A stretch of DNA of 64,000 nt, from NCBI GenBank assembly GCA_965262485.1, contig OZ253540.1, positions 532,711 through 596,710 of the forward strand, in the 5' to 3' direction. Below the pieces are notes generated by a model. The model was given only the letters and a program-made list of their open reading frames with translations. It ran no database searches and was not told the origin of the DNA. The first letter of the stretch is position 1, and each line of letters starts with the position of its first letter. Origin of the DNA: Dehalococcoidia bacterium. GTDB lineage: Bacteria > Chloroflexota > Dehalococcoidia > Lucifugimonadales > UBA3495. Positions 16,548-26,024 of this stretch are shown here, one piece after another. The position numbers were made by a program, and so were the translations under genes.

Positions 16548-17468
16548 ATGACTACTGCAACCAACATCGTGGGGACTGGCGCGCACACCTACGAATTTGA
16601 TCGAAACTGGGCTCAACTGCCCGATGGTATCCCAATGCCGGCGGCCGCTGTTTTCGGCGACGATGAAGACCGGATTTATTGTTTCAACCGTAATCCCGAG
16701 CATCCGATCATGGTATTCGATCGTGAAGGAAAGTTCGTAAAGTCCTGGGGCGCCGGGATGTTCGAGTTTCCCCACGCCATCATTATCGACCAGTGGGGTT
16801 ACGTTTGGCTCGTGGACCGGAACATGGGACAAATTTTCAAGCTGACCAAGGATGGCGAGCCGGTGATGACCATCGGGGAGCGTGGCTATCGCTCGGATAC
16901 CGGCGCCGACAACAGCGCGTTTGATTCCAACTCCTGGCATCAGGTCGTTCGCGGAGCCGAGCCGTTCAACATGCCGGCCGGTATTGCGTTGAATGATGAG
17001 GGCGAGATCTACATCGCTGACGGATACGCCAATGCCCGCGTGCACAAATTCACCGCGTCCGGTGAGCATCTTTTCTCCTGGGGCGAGCCAGGTCCTGGGC
17101 CGGGTCAATTCAATTTGCCTCATGGCGCCTGGATCAATCGGCACGGCAACCTGTTGATCGCGGACCGGGAAAATGACCGGGTGCAAGTGTTCCAGCAGGA
17201 CGGCACACATATTACCGACTGGCCCAGCAAGTTGATCGGCCCGGCGGTGATTTGCATCGACGATGATGACGTGGCGTATGTTGCGGAACACAACGGCGGG
17301 ATGCTGAGTATTTTGGACGCTGAAGGTCAACGTTTGACTCAATGGGGTGATTTGACGCACCGCAGTTGCCACGGCGTTTGGGTAGACAGCCAGAAAGACC
17401 TTTACGTAGTGGAACCATACGAAGGCAGCACGGGCCGCACCGTCGTCAAGTACACCCGGAAGGGTTAG
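16548..17468 (+). CDS. NHL-repeat beta-propeller protein (peptidyl-alpha-hydroxyglycine lyase-like)
   Basis: Repeated blades: FEFPHAIIID, FNMPAGIALNDEGEIYIADGYANARVHKF, FNLPHGAWINRHGNLLIADRENDRVQVF. A GGAGG RBS precedes ATG 16548. Confidence 0.8.
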   Translation: MTTATNIVGTGAHTYEFDRNWAQLPDGIPMPAAAVFGDDEDRIYCFNRNPEHPIMVFDREGKFVKSWGAGMFEFPHAIIIDQWGYVWLVDRNMGQIFKLTKDGEPVMTIGERGYRSDTGADNSAFDSNSWHQVVRGAEPFNMPAGIALNDEGEIYIADGYANARVHKFTASGEHLFSWGEPGPGPGQFNLPHGAWINRHGNLLIADRENDRVQVFQQDGTHITDWPSKLIGPAVICIDDDDVAYVAEHNGGMLSILDAEGQRLTQWGDLTHRSCHGVWVDSQKDLYVVEPYEGSTGRTVVKYTRKG

Positions 17469-17483
17469 TCTGGCGGGGTTGAG

Positions 17484-17513
17484 TTGCGGGCCGGAACGTT
17501 GGCCTGCTAGAAT
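17484..17513 (+). promoter_or_regulatory. candidate promoter for tRNA-Ala (TTGCGG-N18-TAGAAT with TGc extension)
   Basis: Hexamers at 17484-17489 and 17508-17513, 40 nt upstream of the tRNA 5' end. Confidence 0.35.
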
Positions 17514-17553
17514 AGTTGTGTCCGGGGGCACTGCGCTGCCGGACGCATCGGCT

Positions 17554-17629
17554 GGGGCTGTAGCTCATTTGGGAGAGCGCTTCAATGGCATTGAAGAGGT
17601 AGCGGGTTCGATTCCCGCCAGCTCCACCA
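17554..17629 (+). tRNA. tRNA-Ala (anticodon GGC)
   Basis: 76-nt cloverleaf:
- Acceptor stem GGGGCTG/CAGCTCC with the G3:U70 Ala identity pair.
- D-arm GCTC..GAGC.
- Anticodon stem CTTCA/TGAAG with loop AT-GGC-AT.
- T-arm GCGGG-TTCGATT-CCCGC.
- Encoded CCA. Confidence 0.95.
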
Positions 17630-17969
17630 TTTTATGCCGATATGTGCGGGCGTGGGCACAGCCCGTAACCCCATTCGCCAACCGATTCCACGCGGTGCGA
17701 ACCACTGCACGCTGATAACATCAAGGCCTTGCCATCAACAGCATACGATGGGCTGTGGCGGTGAGGCCAAATGAGCTGATAACAGCCGTCCTGTTGCCTA
17801 TTGCGCGTGAACCAATCGGGGGTCCTGGCCCAGTAATTTCTTGGGGTATGTGCGTGCCCAATAGCAGTTGATTTATCCTTGGTCCCGCCCAATGTGGCGG
17901 ATATGGCGTAATGCCCTATAATCCAATATATTCGTTGGAGTTGACTGCTAAACGGGGAGAGTAATCTGG

Positions 17970-19160
17970 ATGCTGGAAATGAGGGCCATAACCCCTGACG
18001 AATTCGTTCAGTGGACTCGGGCTGAGGCGCGGGCTTATGGCAACCGGCTGGATAATAATCCGGAGATATTGCGTCCGCATTTTGATCTGGATCGCTCCAT
18101 TGCAGTATTCGACGCAGGCAACATCGTCGGTGGCGCACATTCGCATCGAATCGAAATGTCCGTGCCGGGCTCTTCCGCGGCGACAGCAGGCGTTGCCAAC
18201 ATTGCTGTACAGCCGACGCACCGGCGGCAGGGCGTGTTAACCAGGATGATGCACCATCAGATCCGCGATATACACGAACGCGGCGAACCGTTGGCAGCGC
18301 TGTTTGCTTCCGAAAGCGCGATTTACGGCAGATTCGGGTATGGAATCGGTTCATTCCGCGAACAATGGACCATCGAGCGGCAGCACAATGCCTACGCCAG
18401 GCGACATGAGAGTCATGGCAGAATCGTTTTCGTGGAACCGGATGACATTACAAAAGAGCTTCCCGAGGTTTCTCGGCGGAGTACCGCCGGTCGACCGGGG
18501 GTGATTCAAAAGGCAATTCACTTGTGGGAGCGGGAATCACAAGCGCCGGAACACCGACAGGGTGGCCGTGGGGGTCTGTTCTACGTCGCGTATGTGGACG
18601 ATGGAACGGTTGACGGCTACGCGAAATACCGTACCAGTGGAACGACCCTGGTCGTCAACGAGTTAATGGCAATTACGGAAGAGGCAAACGCCGCTTTGTG
18701 GCGATTTTGCTTTGAAGTGGATTTGGTCACTACAACTGAAGCAGACCGGCGTCCGGTGGACGACCCATTACCCTGGATGTTGGCAGATCCGAGACGGCTG
18801 CACAGAACCACCCGCGATGGCATGTGGCTGCGTCTGGTGGACGTGGCCGCCGCGTTGCAGACCCGGCATTATATGGAAACCGGCGGCTTGGTGTTGGACG
18901 TGCGGGATGACCTGTGTACTTGGAATGAAGGACGGTTCGAGTTGGAGGGTTCGTCCAAAGGCGCGACATGCCGGAGTTCAAATTCGTCGCCCGATCTGGT
19001 GTTATCCGTTCGTGATCTGGCGTCCGCGTATCTGGGAACCGTGAGCTTCACCACCCTCTCACGGGCCGGCCTGGTAGACGAATGTACACCGGGGGCGCTG
19101 CAGCGGGCTGACCGCATGTTTGCCGTCCAGTACCAACCCTGGACTCCCTATGGTTTTTGA
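17970..19160 (+). CDS. Eis-type GNAT N-acetyltransferase (GNAT + SCP2-like C-terminal domain)
   Basis: 396 aa with VQPTHRRQGVLTRMM (acetyl-CoA loop) and AALFASESAIYGRFGYG. Length and layout fit the Eis family. Confidence 0.75.
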   Translation: MLEMRAITPDEFVQWTRAEARAYGNRLDNNPEILRPHFDLDRSIAVFDAGNIVGGAHSHRIEMSVPGSSAATAGVANIAVQPTHRRQGVLTRMMHHQIRDIHERGEPLAALFASESAIYGRFGYGIGSFREQWTIERQHNAYARRHESHGRIVFVEPDDITKELPEVSRRSTAGRPGVIQKAIHLWERESQAPEHRQGGRGGLFYVAYVDDGTVDGYAKYRTSGTTLVVNELMAITEEANAALWRFCFEVDLVTTTEADRRPVDDPLPWMLADPRRLHRTTRDGMWLRLVDVAAALQTRHYMETGGLVLDVRDDLCTWNEGRFELEGSSKGATCRSSNSSPDLVLSVRDLASAYLGTVSFTTLSRAGLVDECTPGALQRADRMFAVQYQPWTPYGF

Positions 19161-19228
19161 TTGCCGTTCAAACCCCTGGCATCATTGCGTCTGCAACGAC
19201 GGGGCGCCCGGGATCGGAGGTTAAATAC

Positions 19229-20344
19229 ATGGCTGCGAATGGAATCCCATTGGCCCGGGAACTGAATCGTGTTCCCTCATTCACCGTTCCGCTGACCGCA
19301 TCCGAAGACGCCAGATTCCAGGGCATTATGGAAGAGGCGGTCATGGTGGACGTGCACCAGCACCCGTTCGTGATGCCCGAGTCCATGGAGCGATTCATAG
19401 ATTACCTGCGCGGCAACCGCTATCAGTGGGGCTACCAGGCTGTGGAAGCCGGCGGTTGGACGGCTGTGACCACGGCCAACGTGTTCAGTGGCCTTAAAAA
19501 TACGACCGACATGTCCTTTGTGGAATATGAAGACCTGGTTGCCGAAGTGGGCGGCATGTTGGCCGACGTCGCTTCTCAGCAGAACGTGGTCAAAATAGGC
19601 AATGCTGACGATATAGTCGCCGCCAAGCAACAGGGCAATATCGGATTCATGCCTACTTTAGAACACCTTGCCATCGGGAATCGCATGGAACGGGTGGACG
19701 CTCTGTTCGGCATGGGCGTGCGGTTGGCCGGCATTACGTACAACCGAAAGAATTTCATCGGAGACGGCCTGAACGAACGCAACCCCGGCGGTTTGAGCAA
19801 TTTCGGCATTGAAGTTGTGCACCGAATGAATGACCTGGGGATGGCGGTGGACCTGTCCCATGCCTCGATGCCGACGGCGCTGGACGCCATAGAGTTTTCT
19901 CGAGCGCCGGTGGTTTTCAGTCACAACGCGGCCTACACGCTGCGCCCGAACGGGCGTACCCGAAAGGATGAGGAGCTGGTTGCCTGCGCCCGGAAAGGCG
20001 GACTGATCTGCATCACCGCGGTGCCCAACTCGCTTAGCGACGATCCCGAGCAGGACATCGACTGTGTTCTGGATCACTATGATTACATGGCGCAGTTGGT
20101 GGGAATTGATCACGTTGGGATCGGCACCGACACGACAATCGGCGACCACGTGGCCTTTCACCGTCACATGATGGGCCGCGACGGGCCTGACCAATTGCCC
20201 GCTCCGTATCTCAACGGACTGGAATCGCCGGCCGACGGAAAGAACATAGTGCGCGGCCTGATCCGCCGGGGCTATACGGATGAACAGGTGCAGAAGATCA
20301 TCGGTGGAAACGCTCTGGATTTCTTCCGCAGGGTCATTTCTTAA
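19229..20344 (+). CDS. membrane (renal-type) dipeptidase, peptidase family M19
   Basis: VDVHQHP, LAGITYNRKNFIGDG, VDLSHAS, VVFSHNAAY and HVGIGTD. A GGAGG RBS precedes ATG 19229. Confidence 0.85.
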   Translation: MAANGIPLARELNRVPSFTVPLTASEDARFQGIMEEAVMVDVHQHPFVMPESMERFIDYLRGNRYQWGYQAVEAGGWTAVTTANVFSGLKNTTDMSFVEYEDLVAEVGGMLADVASQQNVVKIGNADDIVAAKQQGNIGFMPTLEHLAIGNRMERVDALFGMGVRLAGITYNRKNFIGDGLNERNPGGLSNFGIEVVHRMNDLGMAVDLSHASMPTALDAIEFSRAPVVFSHNAAYTLRPNGRTRKDEELVACARKGGLICITAVPNSLSDDPEQDIDCVLDHYDYMAQLVGIDHVGIGTDTTIGDHVAFHRHMMGRDGPDQLPAPYLNGLESPADGKNIVRGLIRRGYTDEQVQKIIGGNALDFFRRVIS

Positions 20345-20397
20345 GCGCCGCGCGCGTAAACCGAGAGAGCCCGCCGTAACGTGCCCGGTCAGCGGGA

Positions 20398-21159
20398 CTA
20401 ACTCTCAGGGGGTGGTTCCTCGTCGGGCGATACGCCGTTCACACCGATCAACGCCGCCCGCACTTCTTCCCAAATACCGGAGTCCGGCTGTGCATCCCAA
20501 CCGTCGTAGTGTACGAGATCAGCCAGCGGCAGGCGCTCCCGCCAACCCACTGACTGGAGCAACGGCTGGGCGGCGAATTCGACCGGAAATCCGAGGCAGA
20601 GATAAGCCACGGGGATGATGTGGGGTGGTATGCCCAGCAGCCGCCGCAATTGAGGGCGTTTCAGGATGCTGACCCAGCCCACTCCCACTCCTTCCGACCG
20701 CGCTGCCAGCCACAGGTTCTGCACAGCGCAGCACGTGGAATAAACATCCGTCTCCGGCATCGAGTTACGCCCCAATACCTCGTCAGCCCTCGTGGGGTCG
20801 CACGTGATGCACAGGTTCACCGGCGATTCCATGATTCCTTCGAGCTTCAACGCCAGATATTGGGAACGCCGGGGTTCGTCGAAGAACTGGGCGGCGGCCT
20901 GACGCTCCCGGTCGAACAGGTCTTTTACTTGCCGGCGCACTTTGGTGTCGCCGACGATAATAAAGTCCCACGGTTGCATGAAACCTACCGACGGGCCGTG
21001 GTGGGCCGCCTGGATGATGCGGGCCAGTGTTTCCGGTGGAATCGGATCATTCCTGAACACCCGAACATCCCGCCGTGAATAAATGGCGCGGTAAACTGCC
21101 TGCCGTTCACCAGGCGGGAAATCGTCATATTGCGTCATAGTGTCAAACCAGTCTCGCAT
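20398..21159 (-). CDS. bluB: 5,6-dimethylbenzimidazole synthase (BluB-like nitroreductase-fold enzyme)
   Basis: AVYRAIYSRRDVRVFRNDPIP...AAHHGPSVGFMQPWDFIIV is a typical BluB N-terminal half. Confidence 0.75.
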   Translation of the reverse strand: MRDWFDTMTQYDDFPPGERQAVYRAIYSRRDVRVFRNDPIPPETLARIIQAAHHGPSVGFMQPWDFIIVGDTKVRRQVKDLFDRERQAAAQFFDEPRRSQYLALKLEGIMESPVNLCITCDPTRADEVLGRNSMPETDVYSTCCAVQNLWLAARSEGVGVGWVSILKRPQLRRLLGIPPHIIPVAYLCLGFPVEFAAQPLLQSVGWRERLPLADLVHYDGWDAQPDSGIWEEVRAALIGVNGVSPDEEPPPES

Positions 21160-21397
21160 TACCGGCGGGGAGTAAGGCGTCCCGATCCTGTCTAGCAGGG
21201 GACGTCGTCAATGTTGCGGTTGGTGATTCTTCCTTTTCTGCCGGAATGTTCCGACCGTGGACGGGCAAACGGGCCCAAACGTGGATCGGTATCATTGCAG
21301 CGTCGGGGTAGCTCACGCCGTTGGTGGCATTCTACCACCAAAGCCTGAGATTGCCGCTTGTTTACATTCCGCACGGGCAGCAATTTGTTGCGACATG

Positions 21398-21446
21398 GAG
21401 GGGTGGGGGACGGGTTTTGCATGGATGAACAGGATGGACAGGATTT
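21398..21446. repeat. copy of the GGGG..GGATGAACAGGATGGACAGGATTT module
   Basis: GAGGGGTGGGGGACGGGTTTTGCATGGATGAACAGGATGGACAGGATTT matches 6428-6482 almost base for base. Confidence 0.85.
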
Positions 21447-21600
21447 AGTGCCGTGGTTTGCGGCGGGATCGCCAGGAGTGGCTTCCGACGAGGGCGCGTA
21501 GTTCAACTCATGGTTGCGATGAACGCATTTTTTCTGGACGGCGGCGGTAACGTGGTATCATCGTCGCACTACTGGAACATCGATCAACTGGAGGCTCACT

Positions 21601-22017
21601 ATGGCTACTAAACCGACGCTTTCGAATGAACAAGTCACAGCGGCAATGAATGCCATGCTCGCCAAGGGAATGGAAATTCCGGACGAACCGGTGGCGATGG
21701 CAATTGTGGATGCCGGTGGGGAGTTGCTGGCATACCGCACCATGGACAACCTCCGCATTTTCAGTCGCCGCCATGCCCTCCGCAAGGCATACACTTCGGC
21801 AGTCATGGGCCAGGACTCCGGCGCCCACGCTGCCCGATTGCAGGAACAGGGCCGGGGCATCGCCGACCTTGGCGACCCCCGGTTTACTCACGGTCAAGGC
21901 GGTTTGGTCATCATGCAGGATGGCGTAATCTTGGGCGGCATCGGCGTGGGTGGGTATCCCAGCGGCCAGCGCGACGAAGATTTGTCCCGGGTTGGACTAA
22001 ACGCAATCAACTTGTAA
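21601..22017 (+). CDS. GlcG/HbpS-family (DUF336) heme-binding protein
   Basis: VAMAIVDAGGELLAYRTMD...GGIGVGG. A GGAGG RBS precedes ATG 21601. Confidence 0.8.
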   Translation: MATKPTLSNEQVTAAMNAMLAKGMEIPDEPVAMAIVDAGGELLAYRTMDNLRIFSRRHALRKAYTSAVMGQDSGAHAARLQEQGRGIADLGDPRFTHGQGGLVIMQDGVILGGIGVGGYPSGQRDEDLSRVGLNAINL

Positions 22018-22071
22018 AAAGCGGCCGCGGTTTGGCGTTCTGCGGGTCTTGTACAGAAGGGGGTGACCATC

Positions 22072-22950
22072 ATGCCAGATTGGGACTTCACACACCGTAC
22101 GGCACGGGTCAACGGAGTGAATATTCATTACGTGATTGAAGGTGACGGTTACCCGGTGGTGCTGCTTCACGGGTGGCCGGAGATGTGGTTCTCCTGGCGC
22201 AAACAGATTCCCGTACTGTCGCAGAATTACCAGGTGATTGTGCCCGATATGCGGGGATTCGGCGCGTCTGAAAAGCCGCTGCAAGACTACCGAACCCGAA
22301 CGGCGGCCACCGACATTTACGAGTTGGTGCGACATTTGGGACACGACAAGGTTGCAATTGTTGGACACGATATCGGTGTGCGGGTGTCCTACCGATACTG
22401 TCTCGACCATGAAGCGGAAGTCGACCGTCTCGCATTGCTGGACGGTACGCATCCGCTGGAGCAGCTGGAACTACAAACGCCGCAGGGCGTGCGGGAAAGG
22501 TGGCACTCGTACTTCCACCAGATACCCGACCTGCCCGAACATCTCGTGCGGGGAAATGAAGAAGCGTACCTGCGTTACTTCTACCGGAACTGGTCGGTCA
22601 ATCAGGCAATGATGTCTGATGAGGAAGTTGCGGTGTATGCCAGGGCGTATTCGCAGCCCGGTGCGTTGCGCGGCGGTTTTTCGTATTACCGGGCAGCGGC
22701 CTACGAAGATCCGCCGGACTGGCGAGCCGATGCCGAACGAGTGCTCAGCATTCCGCTCTTGTACCTTTGGGGAGAGCGTCGGCAACGCACGGCAACGGCA
22801 GGCGGTATGGATCCGGAAGCATCGTGGCAAAAGGCGGCGACTAACCTGCGCACCCAGTTTATACCCGGGGCCGGTCACTTTCTGCACGAGGAGAAACCGG
22901 ACGAGGTAAATGCAGCGCTGTTGTCGTTCCTGGGCGAAATCGGAAATTAG
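22072..22950 (+). CDS. alpha/beta hydrolase, epoxide-hydrolase-like
   Basis: LLHGWPEMWFSWRKQ, nucleophile elbow VGHDIG, and GHFLHEEKP at the C-terminus. ATG 22072 follows AAGGGGG by about 8 nt; GTG 22063 is an alternative start. Confidence 0.8.
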   Translation: MPDWDFTHRTARVNGVNIHYVIEGDGYPVVLLHGWPEMWFSWRKQIPVLSQNYQVIVPDMRGFGASEKPLQDYRTRTAATDIYELVRHLGHDKVAIVGHDIGVRVSYRYCLDHEAEVDRLALLDGTHPLEQLELQTPQGVRERWHSYFHQIPDLPEHLVRGNEEAYLRYFYRNWSVNQAMMSDEEVAVYARAYSQPGALRGGFSYYRAAAYEDPPDWRADAERVLSIPLLYLWGERRQRTATAGGMDPEASWQKAATNLRTQFIPGAGHFLHEEKPDEVNAALLSFLGEIGN

Positions 22951-22970
22951 TTCCCGGAACATTCGATAGA

Positions 22971-23003
22971 AAAGAGCCCCGACTTCCGGCGGGGCTCTTT
23001 GGG
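22971..23003. terminator. bidirectional intrinsic terminator between convergent genes
   Basis: Stem AGAGCCCCG/CGGGGCTCT with AAA on the left and TTTGGGG on the right. Confidence 0.6.
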
Positions 23004-23019
23004 GTTGGTGTGGCGCAGG

Positions 23020-24102
23020 TTACTTGCGTAGCGCTGGCCCAACCTCTTCGGCGTAGAGGCGGATTGACTTCTGCACGTTTTCAGGCGGGACGGTGCCGCC
23101 CAGGTTGGGTTCCATGATGAAACCGGTGAGACCCAGTTCGTCGCGAATTTCGATGAGCCGGTCGGCTACCTGCTGCGGAGAGCCGTAGGCAACCCGGTCC
23201 ACCAACAAGTCGTCGTAGGTGGTATTGAGGAGTTGTTCCGCCCGCTGACGGCGTTCCGCCGATGCGTGTTCACCTTCGGCGGCGACAGTCTGGATGTACG
23301 TATTGGCGGTGCGCTGGAATGCGCGCATTGTGCTTTCTTCGGTGTCCGCCCTGACCTGCTCCATGGAATCTGACACGTAGATTGGCATCCGGACATAAAC
23401 GTCGTCCACGTCATGCCCATTTTTGGCCGTGGCCGCGCGGTACAGTTCCAGGTTTCGCGCTACCTGAGCGATTCCCTGACCGCGGACGCCGGTAACCAGA
23501 GGAAAGCCCAGTTCTCCGACGATGCTGAATGTGTCAACCGAGTTGGCGGCAATGCGAATTGGCGGGTGGGGTTGCTGGTAGGGACGCGGAGTTACCACCA
23601 CGTCATCCATGTCGTAGTAGTGGCCGTGGTGGGAAAACCGGTAGTTGTTCCAAGCTTTGAGTATGATGTCCAGGGCTTCGGAGAAACGCTGACGACTCTC
23701 GTCGAATGGCACGCCATAGCCAAGATATGACCGGGGGAAGCTGCTGCGCCCGATGCCGAAATCCAGGCGGCCGCGGGAGATGTTGTCCACCGTAGCGGCT
23801 TCTTCTGCCAGGCGAATGGGGTGAGCCAGAGGCAGGACACTAACACCCGTTCCCACACGGACGCGTTCGGTGCGGGCGGCGATGATGCCGGCCATGAGTA
23901 ACGGTACGGACGAAACGGATGGAATCCCGGCGCCGCCCGGATCAGTAGGAGTACGAGGAGCGGCGAAATGCCGTTCGGCTAACCAGACTCCGTCGATACC
24001 GCATTCGTCAGCCAGTTGGGCGACGGTAAAGGCTTCGGCGAATGCCTCGTCCTGGGTGCGGCCTTCGCGATAATCGCATTCCATCACCAGACCCACGTGC
24101 AT
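23020..24102 (-). CDS. LLM-class flavin-dependent oxidoreductase
   Basis: Luciferase-like pattern (GIDGVWLAERHF..., RLDFGIGRS). ATG 24102 is preceded by AGGAG; the ORF-track extension to 24204 overlaps the YHS gene. Confidence 0.8.
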   Translation of the reverse strand: MHVGLVMECDYREGRTQDEAFAEAFTVAQLADECGIDGVWLAERHFAAPRTPTDPGGAGIPSVSSVPLLMAGIIAARTERVRVGTGVSVLPLAHPIRLAEEAATVDNISRGRLDFGIGRSSFPRSYLGYGVPFDESRQRFSEALDIILKAWNNYRFSHHGHYYDMDDVVVTPRPYQQPHPPIRIAANSVDTFSIVGELGFPLVTGVRGQGIAQVARNLELYRAATAKNGHDVDDVYVRMPIYVSDSMEQVRADTEESTMRAFQRTANTYIQTVAAEGEHASAERRQRAEQLLNTTYDDLLVDRVAYGSPQQVADRLIEIRDELGLTGFIMEPNLGGTVPPENVQKSIRLYAEEVGPALRK

Positions 24103-24155
24103 AATATTTCTCCTGTCGGCGTCGCCGATGCAACAACCGCTGTGCTGCGCTGAAA

Positions 24156-24356
24156 TTAACTCTCGATGTAGGTGTTTGGCGCCGCCAGGAACTTGGTGCG
24201 GCACTCAAGGCTACAGAAATAATACCACTCACCGTTGTGGAAACTACGGGTGCCGGCGGTCGGATCGACTTCATTGGCGCCGTGCATGGTCTGCCCGGTC
24301 GTGGCGCGGGCGTTATCTTCGTTGATTTCGGACTTGCAAACGGGATCAACGGGCAT
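24156..24356 (-). CDS. YHS-domain protein
   Basis: 66 aa with DPVC...GEWYYFCSLECRTKFLAAP, a YHS/TRASH-type motif. Confidence 0.75.
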   Translation of the reverse strand: MPVDPVCKSEINEDNARATTGQTMHGANEVDPTAGTRSFHNGEWYYFCSLECRTKFLAAPNTYIES

Positions 24357-24397
24357 GGATTGACTCCTTGGTAGGTCTGGGGTTTATACAGGCTAAT

Positions 24398-25573
24398 TCA
24401 GGCAACGGGTTCCAGGTTCATGCCGAGGCGCACCTTGCCCGGCTGATCCAGCAGGGCGCGGGCGACACGAGCGCGGTGTTCAAAACTGGTACCCATGCGC
24501 ATGGTCCAGGCGGTAACGCGCCGGTACCAGAGGTGCAGGTCGAACTCCATCATAAAGCCGATTCCGCCGTGGATTTGCTGGGAGGAGCGCACCGTAGCCT
24601 GGCATTTGTCATTGGTGAACGCTTTGGCCTGGGAAACTTCCACTGCATAGGGTAGTCCCTGGTCCAGCTTCCAAAGCGCCTCGTAGGTCAACAGCTGGGC
24701 GCCGTCGCACCAGACCACCATATCGGCGCAAAGGTGCTGAATGGACTGGAACCCGGCGAGAGGCCGCCCAAACGCAACGCGGTTCTTGGCGTATTCGATG
24801 GCCATTTCCGCATCCTTGCGGGCCGCACCCACGATCTGGGCGCACAGCAGGGCAGTGCCGATGTCCAGCATCTCCTGGGTGAGTGGCCATCCCTGGTTTA
24901 TCTCACCGATGATGTTGGAGAGGGGGATTCGCACGCCTTCGAGGTTCAGTTTGCTTTGCGAGTCTTTGGCCAGAGTGGTAAGCCGTGTTTCCTGGATGCC
25001 TGGCGCGTCGGTGGGCACGATGGCAAGTGTTATCCCGGCGTTGGTATCACTGGGAGGCGCAGTGCGAACTGCGACGACCATCAGTTCTGCCGCTGAAAAG
25101 TTGTCCACAAAGTGCTTGATGCCATTGATCACCAGACTGTCGCCGTCCACCTCGGCCCGGCATTGCACGGCATCGGCACGAAGGCGCGGGTCCTGTTCCT
25201 GGACAGCCCAGGTCATTATCAATTCGCCGCGCGCGACCCGAGGCAGGAACGATTCCTGTTGCTGTGGGGAGCCGAATTTGGCCAGCGCCAGCGCAGCGGT
25301 GGACGTGGAATGCAGGGGAACCGGAGCAATGGCCCGGCCGCACTCTTCTATGATGAGCCCCAGGTACGTTACCGGAAGGCCGCCACCCCCGTAGGCTTCG
25401 GGAAGGGAGATGCCGAACCAACCGAGAGCGGCCATCTTCTCCCATAGCTCAACCGAGTAGCCGCGCTCGTCCTGCTCCACCGCGCGAGCGAGGCTGGGCG
25501 GGCATTCTCCGTCCAGAAACTCGCGGGCGGCGTTTCTAACCATTAGTTCTTCTTCGGTGGGGAGTACGTTCAT
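24398..25573 (-). CDS. acyl-CoA dehydrogenase family protein
   Basis: 391 aa with ACAD N/M/C layout, ..QIHGGIGFMMEF.. near the C-terminus, and a GAGG RBS. Confidence 0.9.
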   Translation of the reverse strand: MNVLPTEEELMVRNAAREFLDGECPPSLARAVEQDERGYSVELWEKMAALGWFGISLPEAYGGGGLPVTYLGLIIEECGRAIAPVPLHSTSTAALALAKFGSPQQQESFLPRVARGELIMTWAVQEQDPRLRADAVQCRAEVDGDSLVINGIKHFVDNFSAAELMVVAVRTAPPSDTNAGITLAIVPTDAPGIQETRLTTLAKDSQSKLNLEGVRIPLSNIIGEINQGWPLTQEMLDIGTALLCAQIVGAARKDAEMAIEYAKNRVAFGRPLAGFQSIQHLCADMVVWCDGAQLLTYEALWKLDQGLPYAVEVSQAKAFTNDKCQATVRSSQQIHGGIGFMMEFDLHLWYRRVTAWTMRMGTSFEHRARVARALLDQPGKVRLGMNLEPVA

Positions 25574-25638
25574 TGTGCCTCAGTGTGGTGGGATTCGAGC
25601 AAATCGTGGGGCGTACTAGCGAGGCGGTATGACGACAT

Positions 25639-26016
25639 TTAACCGCCGGCAGGCCGATTCACGAGCCCTCTAATCAAGTTCACAAACCTTTCTACGTCAT
25701 CCAGATACTCCGAGATACTACTTGCATCAAGCACGTCGCGATAGAAATTGCGATGCAGCTCGTTGGCACTTCTAGCCCAGCTATGCACTTCATTACGGCC
25801 GGTTTCCCTAGCTATTCTCGACACGACTTCGGCCTCAAACTCCCAATGCTCACGATAGCTCCACTCACGGGCACTGGCGATAACCGTAGCAGCGTGGGCA
25901 GCAGCCCCCCAACCTTTTTCGGAAGCCTGCAATAGCCCCCCGTTGGCCAGATATTCCCGGCTGCGGCGTAGAAATTCAACGCAAATTCGGTCATGGTCGG
26001 ACTCAAATTCAGGCAC
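25639..26016 (-). CDS. PaREP1/HEPN-like single-domain protein retaining an Rx5H motif
   Basis: 125 aa with FLRRSREYLANGGLLQASEKGWGAAAHA... and WARSANELHRNFY. GTG start 8 nt after the stop of the upstream paralogue. The family call comes from motif memory. Confidence 0.6.
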   Translation of the reverse strand: MPEFESDHDRICVEFLRRSREYLANGGLLQASEKGWGAAAHAATVIASAREWSYREHWEFEAEVVSRIARETGRNEVHSWARSANELHRNFYRDVLDASSISEYLDDVERFVNLIRGLVNRPAGG

Positions 26017-26024
26017 CGTTCATC

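Noticed and set aside
16284-17531. 415-aa minus-strand ORF, the longest ORF in this region.
   Set aside because: It is antisense to the NHL-repeat gene, whose repeated blades and GGAGG RBS are convincing. Its N-terminus runs through palindromic repeat units.
17630-17969. Possible integration site or genomic island at the 3' end of tRNA-Ala.
   Set aside because: No integrase lies nearby and no direct repeat of the tRNA 3' end was seen in the window. The downstream genes look like ordinary metabolic genes.
21301-21345. tRNA-like string GGGGTAGCTCACGCCGTTGGTGGCATTCTACCACCAA.
   Set aside because: The D-arm does not close. The putative anticodon loop lacks U33. No T-arm or acceptor pairing can be drawn on either strand.
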